From assembly GCA_951406725.2 (NCBI GenBank), contig OX597837.1:9796001-9860000 (forward strand): 64,000 nt of DNA, written 5' to 3'. Positions 54,840-64,000 of the stretch are shown here, in pieces. Position numbers and translations under genes: made by a program. Under the pieces are notes generated by a model, which had not been told where the DNA came from, made no database searches, and saw nothing but the letters and a program-made list of their open reading frames with translations. Each line of letters starts with the position of its first letter. Position 1 is the first letter of the stretch. This stretch comes from Octopus vulgaris (Eukaryota).

Positions 54840-55059
54840 AGATCTTTTCGCTTTGACCGGCAGTTTTTTAAAATAATTTCTTTGTAACTAAACACTTTTA
54901 AACTTCGTATACTAGTAAAATGTGTTTATAACACATCTTTTTCTCTTGGCTTTATTGAGAAAATTCTGTAGTTTGTAAGATATTTGTTCCTTAATTTCTT
55001 GCATTTCGGCAATTTCAACCAATCAATGACGTCTATTGAGGTGAATTCAAAAAAGATCC
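54840..55059. mobile_element. GGATC-terminated MITE, diverged and deleted copy
   Basis: AGATCTTTT...AAAAGATCC with exact TSD ACCATGTT (54832-54839, 55060-55067); interior homologous to the two neighbours. Confidence 0.75.
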
Positions 55060-55579
55060 ACCATGTTGGTAAAAACTTCCCTCGAGTTATTTCCCACAGA
55101 AAGTGGGGAAATTTGCAAGGGAAATAACTTCTAAATCGATTTATCTGCCTTTTTCTGTTATATCATTCGTTTCTGAAATATAACGTGACTTGAATGGTAC
55201 AACAATGCAGATTTGACTATAATAAGAGTTCTAATTTAATTATTCATAGTCTGGTATAATATTTTGGAATATAAAAATTCCTTCTTCAGAAATTGCCAGG
55301 AATTAATCGAGTCACTGCTGTAATCGGATTTCCAAAGGTTACAGAAGTTTTTTAGATTTTCGGCAGCGCTTTTGTAGTGGTCTCACGAAGCTCCTTCCGG
55401 AATTCCTCGTGAAAAGTGCGTGAGGGCGGCCATGTCTCGAGCTCGTCTGTGTTGGCATATCCGTAGCGCTGCTTCTAAGTTAGGTATTATAGGTGCATTT
55501 TTTTTTTCAACTCAATTTTCCTGTTTTATATTCCTAATTAATCTCTGTTATGCATTTCGGATGTTTAATAACTTTCAAC

Positions 55580-55610
<31 letters not shown>

Positions 55611-55745
55611 GCGCACACGCAAACACACACACACACACATACACACACATACATTCCCACGCACACACAGACACATACACATCACAACACACACACATAC
55701 ACAGGCAAGCAGAGAGAGAGAGAGTGAGAGAGAGTGAGAGAGAGA

Positions 55746-55794
<49 letters not shown>

Positions 55795-56513
55795 GCGCAT
55801 GCGCAGATAAGGATACACATCATAGAAAAACAGAACTAAGCGGAGCGGAACAGATGTGTAACGGAAGATTTCCGAACAATGGACATCAGTCAAAATAAGA
55901 ACTGTAATAAACGAGCGAAGAACGAATGTGCTGTGCGTTTGTTAATTAGGCGAAAAAAGAAACAGCCAAAATTCATTTATGTAATATAGAGTTACGTCCC
56001 CTGAAATATATCAGGACACCAAGAGTGAAGTCCCTTCAAATGCTCTGATGTAGAGTTGCACAGTAATCCTTTCCCATATCGCGATTCACCTATCGCGGTT
56101 CACTTATCGCGGTTCACTTATCGCTGTTTTATCATATAAGATTACGTCGATTCCTTTGTGGTGTTGTTTCCCATTTATACAAAATATATCCCTTTCTACT
56201 CTAGGCACAGGGCCCGAAATTTTAGGGGAGGGAGCCAGTCGATTAGATCGACCCAGTACACAACTGGTACTTAATTTATCGACCTCGAAGGATGAAAGAC
56301 AAAGTCGACCTCGTCGGAATTTGAACTCAGAACGTAAAGACGGACGAAATAGATATTTCTTTAATACCCACATGGGGCTAAACTCAGAGAGGACAAACAA
56401 GGACAGAGAAACGGATTAAGTCGATTACATCGACCCCAGTGCGTAACTGGTACGTAGCGGCAGACGAAATACCGCTATATATATATATATATGCATACAT
56501 ACGTATATATACG

Positions 56514-56561
<48 letters not shown>

Positions 56562-56577
56562 CATACATATATATACG

Positions 56578-56627
<50 letters not shown>

Positions 56628-56860
56628 CATACATATATATACGTATATATACATATATATATATATACATACATACATATATATACGTATATATACATAT
56701 ATATATATATATATATACATACATACATATATATACGTATATATATATATATATATATATACATACATACATATATATACGTATATATATATATATATAT
56801 ACATACATACATATATATACGTATATATATATATATATATATATACATACATATATATAC

Positions 56861-56903
<43 letters not shown>

Positions 56904-56936
56904 CATATATATACGTATATATACATATATATATAC

Positions 56937-56981
<45 letters not shown>

Positions 56982-56992
56982 CATATATATAC

Positions 56993-57035
<43 letters not shown>

Positions 57036-57068
57036 CATATACGTATATATACATATATATATACATAC

Positions 57069-57114
<46 letters not shown>

Positions 57115-57623
57115 GCATGTATGTATGTGCTTATGTGCTCATATCTGGCCACGTCTAAATATGAACAAAATCTATGCCTACGTCTACGGGTTGGATTTCG
57201 CGCTTATCTCCTCCTGTATGCATGGGCATGTGCATATATAAACATACGCATGCATCCACACACATTTCCTAGGCATTAATGCTTTATATTTTCCTTTAGC
57301 GATAATTGCATTTCCGTTAGAGGTAAATTCTATTTCTTCGTCTGGTCGTTTCCTGTTTTAAAAAAGAAAACAAACATTGAAAGCCGAATTCTCCCACAGA
57401 TATCGAGTTACTTAAAGCGTAATTAGGTTTCTTCTATTCACCTCCATATTGGTTTACATGCTTCAGAAGTGAATACAAGCACACTCGACTGCGGTGCATT
57501 TGTATGGCAGTGGTGTTGGTGGTAGTCGTGGTGGTGGTAGTGGTGGTGGTGGTAGTGGTGGTGGCAATGGTGGTATCTACACAGTATATTATATGTATCT
57601 GTGTTTGTGTATATATGCATATA

Positions 57624-57671
<48 letters not shown>

Positions 57672-57712
57672 TATATACATACATACATATATATATATAT
57701 ATACATTTATAT

Positions 57713-57743
<31 letters not shown>

Positions 57744-57911
57744 CATTTATATATACATACATATATATATATACATATATATATATACATACATATATAT
57801 ATACATACATATATATATATACATACATATATATATACATATATATATATATATATGTATGTATATATGTATGTATATATGTATGTATGTGTATATATAT
57901 ATGTGTATATA

Positions 57912-57950
<39 letters not shown>

Positions 57951-58034
57951 ATGTATATATGTATGTATGAATGTATATATGCATGCATGTATGTATACAA
58001 TGTTTACTTCGAGAAGTGTAATAATTCTTTTATA

Positions 58035-58106
<72 letters not shown>

Positions 58107-58283
58107 CATATATGTATATAGTGTTTACTTCGAGAGAAGTGTAATAATTCTTTTGCCTTCGACTTCTACCTAAAAGGATTTTCAACTTAATGTATACTAC
58201 ATGCCGTTATTTATAGCTTTATCTGCTTCGAGTTATGCAGTTTAAATTGAATTATATATATATACATATATATACATATATGT

Positions 58284-58370
<87 letters not shown>

Positions 58371-58678
58371 AATATATATATATATATTCGTTGTCACTTG
58401 CAAGTGAGAGTATGCTCTTAATTTGTCCTTATGTTTTCGTTACTTGTTGTTCGTGTCCAGCGGTTCGTAAGCAGTGATAGACATGTTATTGTCCATCCTT
58501 CCATTGGGCTAACGGGATATCAGTGATGTGACTACGAAGGGGATGTTTTAACATCGATGTGTGTATTTGAGGCGTTATTACAAATTTCCCAGACCACGTG
58601 TGCTGTGGTGCTGCTGTCCAACGGAAATGTGTGTGTTTTTAGTCGGTAAATAAAATGAAAGGAAGAATTAGTTAAGTA

Positions 58679-59299
58679 CTACAGCTGTTTCAAAAGAGGT
58701 ACTGTGGACCAATTACATAACATTATGAATGTCTCATGGCTACCTGTCAACTATTTTCATCGGGGTTATGTTGTTATTCAGTTGAAAATTCTCTGCCGAA
58801 ATGAGTAGTGCAACAAACAAACAGAACAAACAAAAAATGGGCTAGGAGAAGGGTGTGAAACTTAAGAATCAAAAAAGTAGGACTAGAAAGGGAAATTGGT
58901 AAAGGGTCTGGCGTGCCCTATTCTCAGATTACTTCAGCGAGATTGATAGGGGCGTGGTTTCATTTTGTTTGTTGCAATTCAAGTTTGTAGGGCAGATTCA
59001 GAACTGATTAACTGCCATCTTGTATCAATGTGGGAAGTCGGCGCAGAAAAAATAGGGCGCTTATGACTTAGAAAATATAATACATGTATTAAAAGCTCAT
59101 GGGGTGAGGGGGAAGACAGAGAAGGAACAAGAAAGAGAAAAAGAAAAGGGATAGAGACCAAAATACATTGACGCTTACACGATACGTGTATATGCACACA
59201 CAAATACAATCGTCGACACTCAATAAGAAACTGGATAGCTATGAAACTTACATGATGTGACGTAACTGGCACGCGGCGTCTCTTTTGAAACAGCTGTAG
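58679..59299. mobile_element. MITE with 20-bp perfect TIRs and TA target duplication (Tc1/mariner-type)
   Basis: TA|CTACAGCTGTTTCAAAAGAG ... CTCTTTTGAAACAGCTGTAG|TA; no transposase ORF inside. Confidence 0.85.
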
Positions 59300-59796
59300 T
59301 ATTTGCCTAGTTCTCGCATTCTGTTTTTATTTGCAGACTTGATTATCGCAAAATAGGCAACATTTGTTAATTTTCGAATTGGAGTTTGTATAGCTTAAGT
59401 CACCATACCGGAATGTTCTGTCTAATCTCGATACAGGACGAAGTGTATTTGTAGCTTTGATTGAGAAACTGCATTGATCAATTATCGAGTCATTTGTATT
59501 TGCTATACAAGACTTGTATATTCTAGAGACTAACGAACTGTTAACCGATTCCACCCCAGTACCTTTATTTACCTTTTTTTCAGCCTGGCATATAAAAGGT
59601 GGGCTTCTTTCAGTTTCCTTCAGCCAAATACACGCACGAAGTTTTGTCCGGCCGAGAGAACGCTTGACTAAGGGATCACGCAGTAGGGCTGGAACCAGAG
59701 ACATGCAGCTGGGAAGCAGGTTTCTTACTACACCACTGTATACATAAATAGATATATAAATGAATGTGTGTGTATATATGTGTGTGTGTATGTATG

Positions 59797-59932
<136 letters not shown>

Positions 59933-60131
59933 ACATATATATGAATATATATACATATATATATATACATATATATGAATATATATACATATATATGAAT
60001 ATATATACATATATATGAATATATATACATATATATGAATATATATACATATATATAAATATATATACATATATATAAATATATATACATATATATATAT
60101 ACATACATACTTACATACATACAAACATATA

Positions 60132-60162
<31 letters not shown>

Positions 60163-60508
60163 ATGTATGTATGTATGTATGTATGTATGTATGTATGTAT
60201 GTATGTATGTATAAAATACGTCTTAACAGTAGTTTTTATGTTACGTTCCATGGTTCCTTGCTGTATAAACAACAGACTTCTTCGAATTCCAAACTTCCTA
60301 CTTAAAATTCTTTGAAATGAATATGTTCGCGAATCTACCATTTATTTCCCACCTTTCCCAGGTGAGAAATCAAATCTCTACGTAGCGCTCAGCGAAATCC
60401 CCATATCAGTTGGTTCACTTAAGCAATGCATTATTAGGTTATTAACCGGATTAACTCGTGGAAGATTGTATTACGCATATCTAGATACCCATTTACATTC
60501 ATCCATAT

Positions 60509-60541
<33 letters not shown>

Positions 60542-60559
60542 CACACATACACTGATTCA

Positions 60560-60678
<119 letters not shown>

Positions 60679-60804
60679 TTAGATTTAGATGAATATGGTA
60701 CTTAAGTCAAAGGCACCAGAATTTTGTAAGGTATTATCCATATAAATCCATGGGGTGATTACAATCAAAATAAGCAACAAGCACGTTACCTCGGATATAC
60801 ATGT

Positions 60805-60847
<43 letters not shown>

Positions 60848-60968
60848 GGATATTTTAATGTGTTTGACTGCACTTAAAATATGATATATATATATATCAT
60901 ATTTTAAGCGCAGTCAAGCACATCGAAATATCTGTATATATGTATGTATGCATGTATGTATATATTTA

Positions 60969-61014
<46 letters not shown>

Positions 61015-61132
61015 AATCAAGGAACGGCCATAATAGGCCATTCACCCACTAGAAATAATAGCCAAAAGCTTTAACCGCAAAATAACGTCAATTCCGTAAA
61101 CCAGGAGAAAATTGAAAAACATTTACCCTGTA

Positions 61133-61239
61133 ATTTCTTAGACGATGCACCGTTTCATCTTCTGTTTAATGGAAAACTAACCTGATTAAATTAAATCAAG
61201 CCAATCTACCATAGGCCCTTAGATTCATCAGTAAGAAAT
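61133..61239 (-). ncRNA. Type I hammerhead ribozyme, inverted copy
   Basis: Reverse complement of 61430-61536. Confidence 0.8.
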
Positions 61240-61429
61240 AGCCAAGCCGGAACAGATATTTTTCACGAGGCATTCTCGTTGCTACCTCGTCAATATCTGA
61301 CCTAAAATTTTCAAATCGTCGCACTCGCGCCAAATTTGGCGCGAGTGCGACGATTTGAAAATTTTAGGTCAGATATTGACGAGGTAGCAACGAGAATGCC
61401 TCGTGAAAAATATCTGTTCCGGCTTGGCT

Positions 61430-61536
61430 ATTTCTTACTGATGAATCTAAGGGCCTATGGTAGATTGGCTTGATTTAATTTAATCAGGTTAGTTTTCCAT
61501 TAAACAGAAGATGAAACGGTGCATCGTCTAAGAAAT
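61430..61536 (+). ncRNA. Type I hammerhead ribozyme, unit 1
   Basis: ATTTCTTA-CTGATGA-ATCT...(60 nt)...AGAT-GAAA-CGGTGCATCG-TC-TAAGAAAT; 8-bp stem I; predicted cleavage after C61528 (GUC). Confidence 0.85.
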
Positions 61537-61920
61537 TACAGGGTAAATGTTTTTCAATTTTCTCCTGGTTTACGGAATTGACGTTATTTTGCGGTTAAAG
61601 CTTTTGGCTGTTATTTCTAGTGAGTGAATGGCCTATTATGGCCGTTCCTTGATTGTGATGTTGAACTTAAAAATGGTTTATGACTATTTAATTTTTTCCC
61701 ACTAGGCCGCTGGTGGCAAAAGAATTCTACAAAATTTTTTTTGCCACCCTATATTGATTAATTATGAATTTTCTGGTTAATTCCGTAATGGAATCGGCGG
61801 CTTATATTTATTTGCTGCCGATAAATTTGGCGCGAGTGCGACGATTTGAAAATTTTAGGTCAGATATTGACGAGGTAGCAACGAGAATGCCTCGTGAAAA
61901 ATATCTGTTCCGGCTTGGCT

Positions 61921-62027
61921 ATTTCTTACTGATGAATCTAAGGGCCTATGGTAGATTGGCTTGATTTAATTTAATCAGGTTAGTTTTCCATTAAACAGAA
62001 GATGAAACGGTGCATCGTCTAAGAAAT
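61921..62027 (+). ncRNA. Type I hammerhead ribozyme, unit 2
   Basis: Same motif; predicted cleavage after 62019. Confidence 0.85.
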
Positions 62028-62411
62028 TACAGGGTAAATGTTTTTCAATTTTCTCCTGGTTTACGGAATTGACGTTATTTTGCGGTTAAAGCTTTTGGCT
62101 GTTATTTCTAGTGGGTGAATGGCCTATTATGGCCGTTCCTTGATTGTGATGTTGAACTTAAAAATGGTTTATGACTATTTAATTTTTTCCCACTAGGCCG
62201 CTGGTGGCAAAAGAATTCTACAAAATTTTTTTTGCCACCCTATATTGATTAATTATGAATTTTCTGGTTAATTCCGTAATGGAATCGGCGGCTTATATTT
62301 ATTTGCTGCCGTTAAATTTGGCGCGAGTGCGACGATTTGAAAATTTTAGGTCAGATATTGACGAGGTAGCAACGAGAATGCCTCGTGAAAAATATCTGTT
62401 CCGGCTTGGCT

Positions 62412-62518
62412 ATTTCTTACTGATGAATCTAAGGGCCTATGGTAGATTGGCTTGATTTAATTTAATCAGGTTAGTTTTCCATTAAACAGAAGATGAAACG
62501 GTGCATCGTCTAAGAAAT
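62412..62518 (+). ncRNA. Type I hammerhead ribozyme, unit 3
   Basis: Same motif; predicted cleavage after 62510. Confidence 0.85.
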
Positions 62519-62901
62519 TACAGGGTAAATGTTTTTCAATTTTCTCCTGGTTTACGGAATTGATGTTATTTTGCGGTTAAAGCTTTTGGCTGTTATTTCT
62601 AGTGGGTGAATGGCCTATTATGGCCGTTCCTTGATTGTGATGTTGAACTTAAAAATGGTTTATGACTATTTAATTTTTTCCCACTAGGCCGCTGGTGGCA
62701 AAAGAATTCTACAAAATTTTTTTGCCACCCTATATTGATTAATTATGAATTTTCTGGTTAATTCCGTAATGGAATCGGCGGCTTATATTTATTTGCTGCC
62801 GATAAATTTGGCGCGAGTGCGACGATTTGAAAATTTTAGGTCAGATATTGACGAGGTAGCAACGAGAATGCCTCGTGAAAAATATCTGTTCCGGCTTGGC
62901 T

Positions 62902-63008
62902 ATTTCTTACTGATGAATCTAAGGGCCTATGGTAGATTGGCTTGATTTAATTTAATCAGGTTAGTTTTCCATTAAACAGAAGATGAAACGGTGCATCGTC
63001 TAAGAAAT
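62902..63008 (+). ncRNA. Type I hammerhead ribozyme, unit 4
   Basis: Same motif; predicted cleavage after 63000. Confidence 0.85.
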
Positions 63009-63392
63009 TACAGGGTAAATGTTTTTCAATTTTCTCCTGGTTTACGAAATTGACGTTATTTTGCGGTTAAAGCTTTTGGCTGTTATTTCTAGTGGGTGAA
63101 TGGCCTATTATGGCCGTTCCTTGATTGTGATGTTGAACTTAAAAATGGTTTATGACTATTTAATTTTTTCCCACTAGGCCGCTGGTGGCAAAAGAATTCT
63201 ACAAAATTTTTTTTGCCACCCTATATTGATTAATTATGAATTTTCTGGTTAATTCCGTAATGGAATCGGCGGCTTATATTTATTTGCTGCCGATAAATTT
63301 GGCGCGAGTGCGACGATTTGAAAATTTTAGGTCAGATATTGACGAGGTAGCAACGAGAATGCCTCGTGAAAAATATCTGTTCCGGCTTGGCT

Positions 63393-63499
63393 ATTTCTTA
63401 CTGATGAATCTAAGGGCCTATGGTAGATTGGCTTGATTTAATTTAATCAGGTTAGTTTTCCATTAAACAGAAGATGAAACGGTGCATCGTCTAAGAAAT
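63393..63499 (+). ncRNA. Type I hammerhead ribozyme, unit 5
   Basis: Same motif; predicted cleavage after 63491. Confidence 0.85.
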
Positions 63500-63720
63500 T
63501 ACAGGGTAAATGTTTTTCAATTTTCTCCTGGTTTACGGAATTGACGTTATTTTGCGGTTAAAGCTTTTGGCTGTTATTTCTAGTGGGTGAATGGCCTATT
63601 ATGGCCGTTCCTTGATTGTGATGTTGAACTTAAAAATGGTTTATGACTATTTAATTTTTTCCCACTAGGCCGCTGGTGGCAAAAGAATTCTACAAAATTT
63701 TTTTTGCCACCCTATATTGA

Positions 63721-63809
<89 letters not shown>

Positions 63810-63817
63810 CATGTATA

Positions 63818-64000
63818 GGCGCAGGAGTGGCTGTGTGGTAAGAAGCTTGCCTCCCTATCACATGGTTCTGGGTTCAGTCCCACTGCGTGGCACATTGGGC
63901 AAATGTCTTCTACTATAGCCTCGAGCCGACCAAAGACTTGTGAGTGGATTTGGTTGACAGAAACTGATAGAAGCTCGTCGTATGTATGTGTGTGTGTGTG
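63818..64000 (+). mobile_element. Family-A SINE, 5' half, running off the window
   Basis: GGCGCAGGAGTGGCTGTGTGGTAAG head and core match the copy starting at 28826. Confidence 0.9.

Larger units (their letters stand above)
61010..63728 (+). mobile_element. Hammerhead-bearing tandem array (retrozyme/Penelope-pLTR-like): ~4.9 direct units of 490-491 bp plus an inverted 325-bp partial unit, flanked by (TA)n
   Basis: Units start at 61332, 61823, 62314, 62804 and 63295 and differ at only a handful of positions; 61010-61334 is the reverse complement of 61335-61659. Confidence 0.9.

Noticed and set aside
56061-56124. CAGTAATCC...(TATCGCGGTTCACT)x3, possible pogo/Tigger-type end
   Set aside because: Only one end is visible; no partner TIR or TSD.
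61764-61964. Repeated 66-aa ORF (MNFLVNSV...) in each array unit as a protein gene
   Set aside because: No recognisable domain; identity across copies only reflects the DNA repeat, and it overlaps the ribozyme. Translation from a monomer RNA cannot be excluded without ribosome profiling.

Overview
AT-rich, microsatellite-saturated animal genomic DNA. The tRNA-derived SINE families and repeat landscape look like an octopus (coleoid cephalopod) genome; this is an inference from recognition, not a search. Almost all ORFs in the supplied track are microsatellite artefacts. Supported content: (1) a hidden 3-exon + strand gene (25546-25762, 40722-40871, 44141-44292) splicing in frame to a 172-aa four-TM claudin/PMP-22/EMP-superfamily protein; (2) dozens of copies of three SINE families, CR1-like and R4/Dong-like LINE fragments, two non-autonomous Helitrons and several MITEs; (3) a U6 snRNA retrocopy fused to a full-length SINE inside one target-site duplication (51020-51392); (4) most notably, a (TA)n-flanked array at 61010-63728 of nearly identical 490-491-bp units, each carrying a complete type I hammerhead ribozyme and headed by a 325-bp-arm palindrome, i.e. 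a retrozyme/Penelope-pLTR-like system. At least seven further loci with intact or decayed hammerhead-like motifs (several sharing a long stem II/loop 2 and palindromic stem III) and several fold-back inversions are scattered through the window, mostly next to microsatellites.
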